From Gemmatimonadaceae bacterium (GTDB lineage Bacteria; Gemmatimonadota; Gemmatimonadetes; Gemmatimonadales; Gemmatimonadaceae), in contig JBBDYC010000008.1 in NCBI GenBank assembly GCA_040901985.1, forward strand, positions 176,490 through 240,489: a stretch of 64,000 nt of DNA, in the 5' to 3' direction. The notes beneath the pieces are model-generated. The model was given only the letters and a program-made list of their open reading frames with translations, made no database searches and had not been told where the DNA came from. The first letter of the stretch is position 1, and every line of letters begins with the position of its first letter. Both the position numbers and the translations under genes were made by a program. Below, piece after piece: positions 27,954 to 37,181 of the stretch.

Positions 27954-29099
27954 CTAGACCAGCACCCGCCGGAAGATCGCGACCGCCTGCCGCATCTCGG
28001 CCATCGTGCCGATCGAGATGCGCGTGTGGTTGGTCAGGGGCGGGAACGGCCGGCCGACGGCAATGCCTTCGGTGAGGCAGGAATCGCGGAACTGCCGGCC
28101 GTCCCGCCGGATGTCCACCAGCACGAAGTTCGTCTGCGAGGGCATCACGCTGAAGCCGGCCTCGGTGAACCAGCGCGTCGTGAACGCGCGCGCCTCGCGG
28201 TTGAGCTCCTGTTCGCGCCGCATCTGCGCCGGCTCGCCGAGCGACGCGATCGCCGCCGCCTGCGCCAGCGCGCCGACGCCGTTGGCGAGCCGCAGCCGCT
28301 CCATCCGCCCGAGCGTCGCCGGCTGGCCGAAGGCGTAACCGACCCGCATGCCGGCCAGCCCGTAGATCTTCGAGAAGGTCCGGCTGATGAAGACGCGCGG
28401 CTGCGTGGCAATCAGCGGAAGCGCCGACGCATACGACGGGTCGTCCACGAACTCGTGGTAGGCCTCGTCCACGAGGATCACGACCTCGGCATCGGCGGCG
28501 AGCACGGCGCGGATGAACGCGTCCACCCGTTCCTTGCCGTGCACGTGCCCGGTCGGGTTGTTCGGGTTGCAGAGGAAGACGAGCCCGGCGCCGCGCGATT
28601 CACGCGCCATCCGGTCGAGGTCAATGGCCAGACCGGCGTCGAGCGGCACCTCGCGGAATGGCAGTCCGAGCGTCCGCGCATATTGGGCCGGGGTCTCAAA
28701 GCTCGGGGCGGCGGTGACGAGATGCCGGGTCGGCGAACAGAACGCCTGCACGGCCAGCCGGAGGATCTCCCCGGAGCCGGAGCCGAGCATCACTTGGTCG
28801 GCGGCGACGCCGTTGGCACTGGCGATCGCCGCGCGCACGGCACCCTCGGTGCTCGCCGGGTAGTGCGCCGCCGTGTGGAACGCGTCGGTCATCGCGCGGA
28901 TCGCCGCCGGCACGGGGCCGTTGGGATTCTCGTTCGAGTGGAGTCGGATGATGGCGCGCGCCCGGGCGAGTCGCGCCGCCTCGGCGGGCGAGGCCGTGGC
29001 GGCCTCGAGGCCGCGCGCGCTCACCCACGCCGGCAGGGTCAGGGCGCCGGCTCCACCGACGCCAAGGGCACGTACGAACGCGCGACGAGAGACCGCCAT
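27954..29099 (-). CDS. Tat-exported HisC-like PLP-dependent aminotransferase
   Basis: Tat motif SRRAFV, NENPNG, CNPNNPTG, VDEAYHEF, SRTFSKIYGLAGMRVGY. Confidence 0.88.
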   Translation of the reverse strand: MAVSRRAFVRALGVGGAGALTLPAWVSARGLEAATASPAEAARLARARAIIRLHSNENPNGPVPAAIRAMTDAFHTAAHYPASTEGAVRAAIASANGVAADQVMLGSGSGEILRLAVQAFCSPTRHLVTAAPSFETPAQYARTLGLPFREVPLDAGLAIDLDRMARESRGAGLVFLCNPNNPTGHVHGKERVDAFIRAVLAADAEVVILVDEAYHEFVDDPSYASALPLIATQPRVFISRTFSKIYGLAGMRVGYAFGQPATLGRMERLRLANGVGALAQAAAIASLGEPAQMRREQELNREARAFTTRWFTEAGFSVMPSQTNFVLVDIRRDGRQFRDSCLTEGIAVGRPFPPLTNHTRISIGTMAEMRQAVAIFRRVLV

Positions 29100-29143
29100 C
29101 AGACGCTCCGGAACGGGATGTCGGAGAAGCTACAGCGTCCCGG

Positions 29144-30331
29144 TCACCGCGCCAGCGCGGGGAGCTCGCGCCAGAGCACGACGGCGCCCGCCGCGCCCAT
29201 CGCCACGGCGACGACGATCCCCGCCGCGGAGAGCCAGCGGGGATGCCGGTAGTCCCCCACAATGCCGGAGCGGCGGGCGGCGATGAGCATCGTGCCCAGC
29301 GCCAGCGGGAGGATCAGCCCGTTCAGCGCGCCGACGAGGATAAGCGTGCGCACCGGCCGCCCGATCAGGACGAATGCAAGGGCGCTCACCGCGATGAAGG
29401 CGACCACGACGCGGGTCCACTGGCGGTCGAGCGCCCCGTGCAGCCCGCGCAGGAAAGACACCGAGGTGTACGCCGCGCCGACGATGCTCGTCACCGCCGC
29501 CGCCCACATCACCACGCCGAAGAGTCGGAACCCGAGCTCGCCGGTGGCGTGCCGGAAGACGCTCGCCGGCGGGTTGGCCGGGTCAAGCGCCAGCCCGCGG
29601 TGCACGACGCCGAGCGCCGCGAGGAAAAGCACCACCCGCATCAGCGAGGCGATGCCGATTGCGAGGAGGGCCGAGCGGGTGACCTGCCCCAGCGATTCCC
29701 GCCCCGCGATGCCGGCGTCCACCAGCCGGTGCGCGCCGGCAAACGTGATGTAGCCGCCGACCGTCCCGCCGACGATCGTGACGATTGCCAACAGGTCCAC
29801 GCGCTCGGGCACAAAGGTGCGGTGGACGGCCTCGCCGAGGGGCGGCGCCGAGGCCACCGCGACGTACCAGGTGAGTGCGACGAGCACGGCGCCGAGCGCC
29901 ATCGCGAACCGGTCCATCGCCCGCCCGGCCTCCTTGACGAGGAAGATCGTGATCGCGATCGCGCCACTGATCACCGCGCCGACGGCGACCGGGATCCCGA
30001 GGACGACCTGCAGCCCGAGCCCCGCCCCGGCGACGTTGCCGATGTTGAACGCCAGCCCGCCGAGGGCCACCAGGAGCGCGAGCGCCGTGCCGAGTCCCGG
30101 CGCCACGTCGTCAGCGATCGCCGGCGCGCGACGGCCACTCACCGCGATCACGCGCCAGATGTTCAGTTGCGCGACGAGGTCAATCACGATGCTGACGAGA
30201 ATCGCAAATCCGAAGCTTGCCCCGAGCCGTTCGGTGAAGACCGCGGTCTGGGTGAGGAAGCCCGGCCCGATGGCCGAGGTGGCCATCAGGAAGGCGGCGC
30301 CGATCAGGACGCGGCGGAATCCAGTGCGCAA
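29144..30331 (-). CDS. NRAMP-like transporter (YcsG-type)
   Basis: GAAFLMATSAIGPGFLTQT, GGLAFNIGN, GGTVGGYITFAGAHRL. About 11 TM helices. Confidence 0.88.
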   Translation of the reverse strand: MRTGFRRVLIGAAFLMATSAIGPGFLTQTAVFTERLGASFGFAILVSIVIDLVAQLNIWRVIAVSGRRAPAIADDVAPGLGTALALLVALGGLAFNIGNVAGAGLGLQVVLGIPVAVGAVISGAIAITIFLVKEAGRAMDRFAMALGAVLVALTWYVAVASAPPLGEAVHRTFVPERVDLLAIVTIVGGTVGGYITFAGAHRLVDAGIAGRESLGQVTRSALLAIGIASLMRVVLFLAALGVVHRGLALDPANPPASVFRHATGELGFRLFGVVMWAAAVTSIVGAAYTSVSFLRGLHGALDRQWTRVVVAFIAVSALAFVLIGRPVRTLILVGALNGLILPLALGTMLIAARRSGIVGDYRHPRWLSAAGIVVAVAMGAAGAVVLWRELPALAR

Positions 30332-30374
30332 CCGATCTCCCAGGTGACGAGTGCGGCGGCGTTGACGCCGGCGC

Positions 30375-32132
30375 TCAGCGTGCGAACGGCGCCGCGGCGT
30401 GCACGATGCGTCCGCCGACGACGGTCAACAGCGCCTTCACGTCCTTGAGCCGCTCCGGCGCAATCGCAAAGAGGTCGTGGTCGAGCACCACGAGGTCCGC
30501 CAGCATCCCGACGGCCACCGGCCCCTTGATCGCCTCCTCGCCGGCTGCCCAGGCATTGTTCACGGTGTAGGCGCGCAACGACGTCTCGAGGTCGAGGCGC
30601 TCCTCCGGAAACCAGCCGCCCTCCGGCTGGCCATCGAGCGTGCGGCGCGTCACCGCCGCGTAGAGGATCTTCATCGGGTCCGCCGTATACCAGGACGCGT
30701 TCGTCCCCGGCCAGTCGGACCCGAACGTGAGCATCACGCCGGCGTCGTGGAGCGTGCGGAAGGCGTAGGCCCAGCGTGCGCGCTCGCCGATCCGCTCCTC
30801 CATCCACCGCATGTCGTCAATCGCGTGGTACGGCTGCACCTCGGCGATGATCCCGAGCCGGGCGTAGCGCTCCGCCACGTGCGCGCCGCGCAGCACCTGC
30901 GAGTGGATGATGCGGAAGCGCCGCTCCCGCTCGGGATTCTCGCGCATCACCGTCTCGTAGAGCGTCAGCAGGGTGTCAATCGCCTCGTCACCGATGGCGT
31001 GGACCTGCGGCCAGAGGCCGGCCCGGTCGGCGCCGTGGAGGTTGCGGAGCATATTGCCCGCCGGCTGCATCCCCGAGCCGGCGCCGCTCGTGGCGCCGGT
31101 GTTGGTGGAGTCGCGCCAGCTGCCGCGTTCGCCGGAGTGCAGCTGCGGCTCATAGAACCGCGCGGTCGAGTTCCCCTGGATGCCGTCCACGAAGCCCTTG
31201 AGGCCACCGATCCGGAGCCACTCGTCGCCAAAGCCGTGCGGGATCCCGACCGCGGTCAGCTCGTCCCACTTGTCGAGGGTCGGGCGCGCGTAGACGCGGA
31301 CGGTGAGCTCGCCGAGTTCCTTGAGCGCGTGGTACACGGGGAACTGCTCGCGCGGGGTGATGTCGTGGATCCCGGTGACGCCCATCTCGTTGAGGTGCGC
31401 GATCGCCACGCGGGCCTCGCGCAGGCGCTGCTCGAACGACTTGGGCGGGATTGCCGCGCGCACCCGGCGGAGCGCCTCGCCGCTGACGCGTCCGGTGGCG
31501 CGGCCACCCTGGCACTCGAGCCCGGCCACCGGCTCGTCACAGGAGAGGCCGGCCGCAGCGAGCGCGATGGCGTTCGCCAGATATGCCGAACGGTCCCAGC
31601 GCTGGAGGAGCAGCGGCGTCCGGGGGGTGATCGAGTCCACGATGCTGCGGTCGGGGGAGAATCGCCGCCGTGCCGCGCCGGGCGCCGGGGCGGCGCCGGC
31701 GCTCTGCGCGCGCCAGTCCTCGTAGGCGCCCCAGTCGCCGCCGGTGATCCAGGCGTCGGCCGGCAGCCGGTCGCGCGCCGCCTTTACGCGTGCCGCAAAC
31801 GCCCGCGGCTCGGCCACGTCGAGGAGGTTCACGCCGAGCAGGAGCGCGCCGGCCTGGCCAAAGTGCGTGTGGTTGTCAATGAAGCCCGGCGTGGCGAAGC
31901 GCCCCCCGAGCGCAATCACGCGCGTGCGCCCGGTGCGATGGGGCGCGACATCGGCATCGGAGCCGACGGCGATGAACTTCCCGTCGCGGATCGCGACCGC
32001 CTGTGCCATCGGGCGCGTCGTGTCACCGGTCCAGAAGCGGCCGCCGGTGAGGATGAGGTCGGCCTCCTGTGCCGCCGCGCTGGCGGGGAGGGCGAGAAGG
32101 AGGGCGCAGAGTGCGAGGGGGAGTCTGGGCAT
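30375..32132 (-). CDS. exported amidohydrolase (YtcJ-like)
   Basis: Signal peptide, PGFIDNHTH, KGFVDG, VHAIGD, GSDWP, GMLADLVVLD. Confidence 0.9.
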   Translation of the reverse strand: MPRLPLALCALLLALPASAAAQEADLILTGGRFWTGDTTRPMAQAVAIRDGKFIAVGSDADVAPHRTGRTRVIALGGRFATPGFIDNHTHFGQAGALLLGVNLLDVAEPRAFAARVKAARDRLPADAWITGGDWGAYEDWRAQSAGAAPAPGAARRRFSPDRSIVDSITPRTPLLLQRWDRSAYLANAIALAAAGLSCDEPVAGLECQGGRATGRVSGEALRRVRAAIPPKSFEQRLREARVAIAHLNEMGVTGIHDITPREQFPVYHALKELGELTVRVYARPTLDKWDELTAVGIPHGFGDEWLRIGGLKGFVDGIQGNSTARFYEPQLHSGERGSWRDSTNTGATSGAGSGMQPAGNMLRNLHGADRAGLWPQVHAIGDEAIDTLLTLYETVMRENPERERRFRIIHSQVLRGAHVAERYARLGIIAEVQPYHAIDDMRWMEERIGERARWAYAFRTLHDAGVMLTFGSDWPGTNASWYTADPMKILYAAVTRRTLDGQPEGGWFPEERLDLETSLRAYTVNNAWAAGEEAIKGPVAVGMLADLVVLDHDLFAIAPERLKDVKALLTVVGGRIVHAAAPFAR

Positions 32133-32158
32133 CCGGGGAATGTGCGCCCCGCCGACGC

Positions 32159-33088
32159 TCAGCGGAACAGGGCGGCGAGGTCGTCCGGGGACAGGGGCGT
32201 GGCCTCGCGCGCGACCCCCCCGAGCTGGGCGGCAAGGCCGAGCACCTCGTGGGCGGAGCGGCCGGCGGCGCGCAGCTCGCGCACACCGGTGTCGCCCGAC
32301 GACTTGCTGAGCTTGCTGCCGTCGGGGTGCGTGACGAGCGGATGGTGGAGAAATCGCGGCGGCGTGCTGCGGCCGAGCATCCTCGCCAGGCGGATCTGGC
32401 GGCCGGTGGACTCGAGGAGGTCCTCGCCGCGGATCACCACGTCAACGCCTTGCTCAAGGTCGTCCACCACGACGGCGAACTGATACGTGTAGTTGCCGGC
32501 GCGGTCGCGGCCGAGGAGATCGCCGCACTGGGCGTCCGGGGCCTGTGTGCGCGCCCCGAGCCGAAGGTCGTCGAACTCCTCTGCCGGTGCGGCGTCGAAC
32601 CGGATCCGCCGGGCCGGTGTCGTTGCCGGGTCCACGCGCCGATCCCGGCAGGTCCCGGGGTAGCGCAACTCGTCCGTCGACGCGTCGCTGGCCCTGGCGA
32701 TCGTGGCGCGCGAACAGTCGCAGGCAAAGACGAGGCCGTGCCGCTCGAGCTCGTCGAGCCGGGCCGCGTAGCGCGCGACGTTGTCACTCTGTCGCTGCGC
32801 CTGGGGGCCGCGGCGAAAGTCGGCGGTCGTCGCGCCGTCGGGCGCGAGGCCGAGCCAGTCGAGGTCGTCAAGCAGCGCGTGCTCGTACTCGGGACGACAG
32901 CGTCCGCGGTCGTGGTCCTCGATGCGCAGCAGCACGCGGCCGTCGAACGCGCGGGCGACGCCCCAGACCCAGACGGCGTTCACCACGTGGCCGAGGTGCA
33001 GATATCCGGTCGGCGCGGGCGCGAAGCGCGTGACGAAACCCGGCGCGAGCGCGGCGCGCCAGCGGCGCTTCGCTTCGGCGGAAATCAC
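32159..33088 (-). CDS. gluQ: glutamyl-Q tRNA(Asp) synthetase
   Basis: TRFAPAPTGYLHLGH, LRIEDHD, YQFAVVVDD, RGEDLL, KLSKS, no anticodon domain. Start uncertain (33088-33106). Confidence 0.88.
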   Translation of the reverse strand: MISAEAKRRWRAALAPGFVTRFAPAPTGYLHLGHVVNAVWVWGVARAFDGRVLLRIEDHDRGRCRPEYEHALLDDLDWLGLAPDGATTADFRRGPQAQRQSDNVARYAARLDELERHGLVFACDCSRATIARASDASTDELRYPGTCRDRRVDPATTPARRIRFDAAPAEEFDDLRLGARTQAPDAQCGDLLGRDRAGNYTYQFAVVVDDLEQGVDVVIRGEDLLESTGRQIRLARMLGRSTPPRFLHHPLVTHPDGSKLSKSSGDTGVRELRAAGRSAHEVLGLAAQLGGVAREATPLSPDDLAALFR

Positions 33089-33106
33089 GCGTCCGTCACG
33101 CGGCAA

Positions 33107-33595
33107 TCACGCGGCGAGCGCGAGCAGCGCGTCAACGTCCAGCCGGCGCGTGACCATCGCGATGCCGCCCGCTGGGTCGCGCGGCCACTCGGCGCTCGGG
33201 CGGTCCCAGTAGAGCTCGACGCCGTTGCCGTCGGGGTCGTTGAGGTAGATCGCCTCGCTGACGCCGTGGTCGGAGGCGCCGGTGAGCGACACGCCGGCAT
33301 CGCGCGCGCGCTTCACCGCCACCGCGAGGTCGCGGCGCGTCGGGTAGAGGACCGCGACGTGGTAGAGTCCGGTGGTGCCGGGGGCCGGCGGGGGACCACC
33401 GGCACTCTCCCACGTGTTGAGCCCGATGTGATGGTGGTAGCCGCCCGCCGAGATGAACGCTGCCTGTGTGCCGAATCGCTGCTGGAGCTCGAAGCCAAGT
33501 ACACCCTGCCAAAAGGCGAGGGCGCGGTTGAGGTCGGCGACCTTGAGGTGCACGTGGCCGATCGAGGTCTTGGCGGGGATCGTGTAGGCGGTCAT
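33107..33595 (-). CDS. VOC/glyoxalase family protein (CatE-like single domain)
   Basis: IGHVHLKV, GGYHHHIGLNTW, GLYHVA, SDHGVSEAIYLNDPDGNGVELY. Confidence 0.92.
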   Translation of the reverse strand: MTAYTIPAKTSIGHVHLKVADLNRALAFWQGVLGFELQQRFGTQAAFISAGGYHHHIGLNTWESAGGPPPAPGTTGLYHVAVLYPTRRDLAVAVKRARDAGVSLTGASDHGVSEAIYLNDPDGNGVELYWDRPSAEWPRDPAGGIAMVTRRLDVDALLALAA

Positions 33596-33662
33596 CGCGG
33601 GGTCCAGGGCGTACGTGTTCGCATTATGCTTCATCACCACACCAATCCGCGACCTGGCCCCT

Positions 33663-34538
33663 TTGTCCCCGACCGTTCCCGCCAACCGCGTCACCATCGT
33701 CGAAGTCTCACCGCGCGACGGCCTGCAGAACGAAAAGGCGCGGCTGCCGGCGTCGGCGAAGGTCGAGCTGGTGGACCGGCTCAGCGCCGCCGGCTTCCCG
33801 ACGATCGAGGTCACCGCGTTCGTCTCGGCCAAGGCGGTCCCGCAGCTGGCCGACGCGTCCGAGGTGATGGCGGGGATCCGTCGCGCGCCGGGCGTGCGCT
33901 ACACCGTGCTGGTGCCGAACCTGAAGGGCTTCGAGCGCGCCGTCGCGGCCAACGCCGATGGCATCGTCGTCTTCGGCGCGGCAAGCGAGACCTTCTCGCG
34001 CCGCAACATCAACTGCTCGATCGCCGAGTCCATCGAGCGCTTCCGACCGGTGGTCGCGGCGGCGCGCGCGGCGGGAATCCCGGTCCGCGGCACGATCTCC
34101 TGCGCGCTCGGCTGCCCGTACGAGGGCGATGTCCCGCCGATGGCGGTGGCGCGCGTCGCCGCCGAACTGGCGGCGCTCGGCGTGGACGAATGCTCCGTGG
34201 CCGACACGATCGGCGTCGGGCATCCCGAAGGTACGCGGCTGGTGATGGAGGAGGTCTTCGCGCACTTCGCGCCGACGCGGATCAACGGGCACTTCCACGA
34301 TACGTACGGGCGGGCGCTGGCGAACATCGGCGCCTGTCTGGACCTCGGGATCCGCAGCTTTGACTCTTCAGTGTCGGGACTCGGCGGGTGTCCGTTCGCG
34401 CCCGGGGCCACCGGGAACGTGCCGACCGAGGATGTGCTCGTGCTGATGGCCGAGCGCGGATTCGCGACCGGCGTGAAGCAGGCGGAGGTGCGCGAGACCG
34501 GGCGGTGGATCCGCGCCTTGCTCTCGGCGCGTCAGTAG
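33663..34538 (+). CDS. hydroxymethylglutaryl-CoA lyase
   Basis: EVSPRDGLQNE, GCPYEG, ADTIG, HFHDTYG, GLGGCPFAPGATGNVPTED. Start uncertain. Confidence 0.94.
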   Translation: MSPTVPANRVTIVEVSPRDGLQNEKARLPASAKVELVDRLSAAGFPTIEVTAFVSAKAVPQLADASEVMAGIRRAPGVRYTVLVPNLKGFERAVAANADGIVVFGAASETFSRRNINCSIAESIERFRPVVAAARAAGIPVRGTISCALGCPYEGDVPPMAVARVAAELAALGVDECSVADTIGVGHPEGTRLVMEEVFAHFAPTRINGHFHDTYGRALANIGACLDLGIRSFDSSVSGLGGCPFAPGATGNVPTEDVLVLMAERGFATGVKQAEVRETGRWIRALLSARQ

Positions 34539-35155
34539 CCGGCGCCGACGCGCTTCCGGAGGTGCTTCCGCTCGGTCAGCTCACGTAACAGGAAGTCGGC
34601 CACGTCCTCGACTGAGATCTTTCGCCCCTTCTCGGGCAGCCGGTCCTCCAGCGTCCGATACACCCCCGTGCGCTCACCGGGCACGATGTCGCCGGTGGCG
34701 ACCATCGTCCACTCAAGGTCGCTGGCGCGCATCGCCTCCCACGCCTCCTTATGGCGCGCACTCACCTTCTTGAAGGCCGCCGGGAACCCCGGTTGATCGT
34801 GGCGCAGCCCGCCGCCCGGTGCGTCGAGGATCCCGCCGCCGGCAACACCGAGCAGGCGCTTCGGGCCCGAGTTCTGCATCGCGCTGACGATGTTGCGCAT
34901 CCCCTGGGACTGCGCCTCGCCGGGGTCCTCGATGCCGGCGCCGCCAAGGCACGAGACCACCGCGTCCACGCCGGCAATGGTGTCGGCAACGGCCTTCCGG
35001 TTGAGCGCGTCGCCCGCGACGATCTCGAGGCCGGGTCGCGGCGAGAGCTTGGCCGGGTCGCGTACCAGCGCGCGGACCGTGTGGAAGTCGGCGAGCGCGT
35101 ACTCGAGGAAGCGGCCGCCGACGCGACCGGTGGCTCCGAACAGGGCGATGTGCAT
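34532..35155 (-). CDS. NAD(P)H-binding flavin reductase-like protein (BVR-B/YwnB type)
   Basis: FGATGRVG Rossmann motif, ALVRDP, LEWTMV, ISVEDVADF. Confidence 0.88.
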   Translation of the reverse strand: MHIALFGATGRVGGRFLEYALADFHTVRALVRDPAKLSPRPGLEIVAGDALNRKAVADTIAGVDAVVSCLGGAGIEDPGEAQSQGMRNIVSAMQNSGPKRLLGVAGGGILDAPGGGLRHDQPGFPAAFKKVSARHKEAWEAMRASDLEWTMVATGDIVPGERTGVYRTLEDRLPEKGRKISVEDVADFLLRELTERKHLRKRVGAGY

Positions 35156-35184
35156 CCCTACAACCTATGCTATGCTTCGCTGAT

Positions 35185-35622
35185 ATGACGCGCCTCCGCG
35201 CCACGCTCACCGTGGCCGCCACCGCGCTCCTCGCGACCGCCGCGTGCGAGGATCCCGCTCCTCCGTGGGACAGCGAAGTGACGGCCGAGCTGGAGGCCAC
35301 CAGTTATGTGGTCGGCGACACGGCGACTGTGCAGTTCGTCAACGCCTCGAGCGAGCCGCGGTACTTCGTTCCCTGCTGGGCCGCGGGCCGCCTGGAGTCC
35401 GGCGTCTGGGAGTTCTTCCAGCCGGGGTCGAGCGCCTGTTCGTCGGTGCCCGGCGTCGAGATCGCGCCGGGCGGGACGCTCGCCCGGGAATTCAAGATTT
35501 GGCTCGACGACGCCGGCGATCGCGCGACGGGCACGTTCCGGTACACGTTCTACATCCGGGCGGGCCCCGGGTACGAATCCGAGACCGAAGCCGTGGCCAC
35601 CGAGGCCTTCGTCGTCAACTGA
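35185..35622 (+). CDS. hypothetical lipoprotein with Ig-like beta domain
   Basis: Lipobox LATAAC, beta-rich mature part with two Cys. Confidence 0.65.
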   Translation: MTRLRATLTVAATALLATAACEDPAPPWDSEVTAELEATSYVVGDTATVQFVNASSEPRYFVPCWAAGRLESGVWEFFQPGSSACSSVPGVEIAPGGTLAREFKIWLDDAGDRATGTFRYTFYIRAGPGYESETEAVATEAFVVN

Positions 35623-35625
35623 GGC

Positions 35626-36756
35626 CTACGCCACGCCCGCCGGTTGCGCGAACGCCGGCGCCATCAAGCCCGTCTTCGAGCGTCCGTGCGGATCCTGCTT
35701 GGCACGGATGGCATTCACCATCTCGAGCGCCGTCTGCGTCACCGGCGGCAGCGTGAGATCGCTTGTGCCGAGTGGCGTCACCCGCTCGCCCCACTTCACG
35801 AGCAGGGAGCAGTAGGTCAGGCCGCCGCCGAACGCCGGCATCAGCATCCAGCTTCCCGGCGTCACGCGCCCCAGCTCCAACGCCTCGACCAGCGCCACCG
35901 GAACGGTGGCGGCGCTCATATTGCCGTACTTCTGCACGGTCACGATCACCTTCTCCATCGGGATGCCGGCGTACTTCGCCACCGCCTCGATGATGCGGAG
36001 GTTCGCCTGGTGCGGGATCACGAGCGACACGTCCTCGGGCGCCACGCCCTGCTCGCGCAGGACTCGCACCGAGGCCTCGGCCATCGCGTGCACGGCGCGC
36101 TTGAAGATCACCGAGCCGTCGAAGTCCCAGAGCGTGTCGCCGAACGTGATGCCGAGTCCGGCGTAGCCGCAGCCGAAGCCGCGTACCCGGAGCGAGTCCC
36201 GCGCCTCGGCGTCGCACCCGAGCACCGAGCCGAGCATCCCTTCCTCCTTTTCGATGGACTGCAGGACCACCGCGGCCGCGCCGTCGCCGAAGAGCACCGC
36301 CACGTTGCGGTTGCTCCAGTCCATATATCGGCTGATCAGTTCGACGCCGATCACGACGGCGTTGCGGACCATTCCGGTGCGAATCATCGCGGTGGCGGTG
36401 GCGAGGCCGTAGCAAAAGCTGGTACAGGCGGTGTTCAGGTCTATTGACGCGGCGCGCCTGGCGCCGAGCGCGAGCTGGACGCCTGACGAACTATTGGGGC
36501 AGAGTTCCTCGTTGCTGACGCCACCGTAGATGATGAGGTCCACGTCGGTGGCGTCGAGGCCGGCGCAGGCCAACGCGCGCGACGCGGCGATGGTGGACAT
36601 CTCGACCGCGCTGACGTGCGAGACGCGCCGCTCCTTCATCCCGGTGCGCGAGACGATCCACTCGTCATTCGTGTCGAGGAACGTCGCGAGGTCCTCGTTG
36701 GTGAGGACCGCGGGGGGCATGCAGGCGCCCCAGCCGGTGATGGACGCGAAGGTCAT
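35626..36756 (-). CDS. fabH: 3-oxoacyl-ACP synthase III (FabH-like)
   Basis: DTNDEWIVSRTG, catalytic TAC, LFGDGAAA, IPHQAN, YGNMSAA, AFGGGLT. Confidence 0.9.
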   Translation of the reverse strand: MTFASITGWGACMPPAVLTNEDLATFLDTNDEWIVSRTGMKERRVSHVSAVEMSTIAASRALACAGLDATDVDLIIYGGVSNEELCPNSSSGVQLALGARRAASIDLNTACTSFCYGLATATAMIRTGMVRNAVVIGVELISRYMDWSNRNVAVLFGDGAAAVVLQSIEKEEGMLGSVLGCDAEARDSLRVRGFGCGYAGLGITFGDTLWDFDGSVIFKRAVHAMAEASVRVLREQGVAPEDVSLVIPHQANLRIIEAVAKYAGIPMEKVIVTVQKYGNMSAATVPVALVEALELGRVTPGSWMLMPAFGGGLTYCSLLVKWGERVTPLGTSDLTLPPVTQTALEMVNAIRAKQDPHGRSKTGLMAPAFAQPAGVA

Positions 36757-36779
36757 GGTCGGGTCGGAAAAGGCGTGGG

Positions 36780-37181
36780 TCAGCTCGCAGGGACGACAGC
36801 CGTGGCCTCGATCTCGACCACCGCCCCTGGTTCCATAAGAGATGATACCTCAACCGCGGTCATCGCGGGGAAGTGGCGGCCGATCACCTCGCGGTACGCG
36901 GCGCCAAGTGGCTCGGCGGCCGCCTGATACGCGGCGCGGTCGGTGACGTACCAAGTGAGTCGCACGAGATGCTCGGGGCGCGCGCCGTCGGCGGCGAGGA
37001 TCGCGACGATGTTCGCCAGCGCTTGGCGGGCCTGGGCGACGAGATTCGGCCCGACGAGCCGTTGGCTGGCATTCCAGCCGACCTGGCCGGCGACGAAGAT
37101 GGTGCGGCCGGTCGCCGCGATGCCGTTGGCGTAGCCGCGCGGCCGCGGCCAGCCGTCCGGCTGGAGGTTGCGATGACTCAC
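36780..37181 (-). CDS. Rid (YjgF/YER057c/UK114) family protein lacking the catalytic Arg
   Basis: PRGYANG, FVAGQVG, HFPAMT, VEIEATA. GTGA overlap with the ligase. Confidence 0.9.
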   Translation of the reverse strand: MSHRNLQPDGWPRPRGYANGIAATGRTIFVAGQVGWNASQRLVGPNLVAQARQALANIVAILAADGARPEHLVRLTWYVTDRAAYQAAAEPLGAAYREVIGRHFPAMTAVEVSSLMEPGAVVEIEATAVVPAS

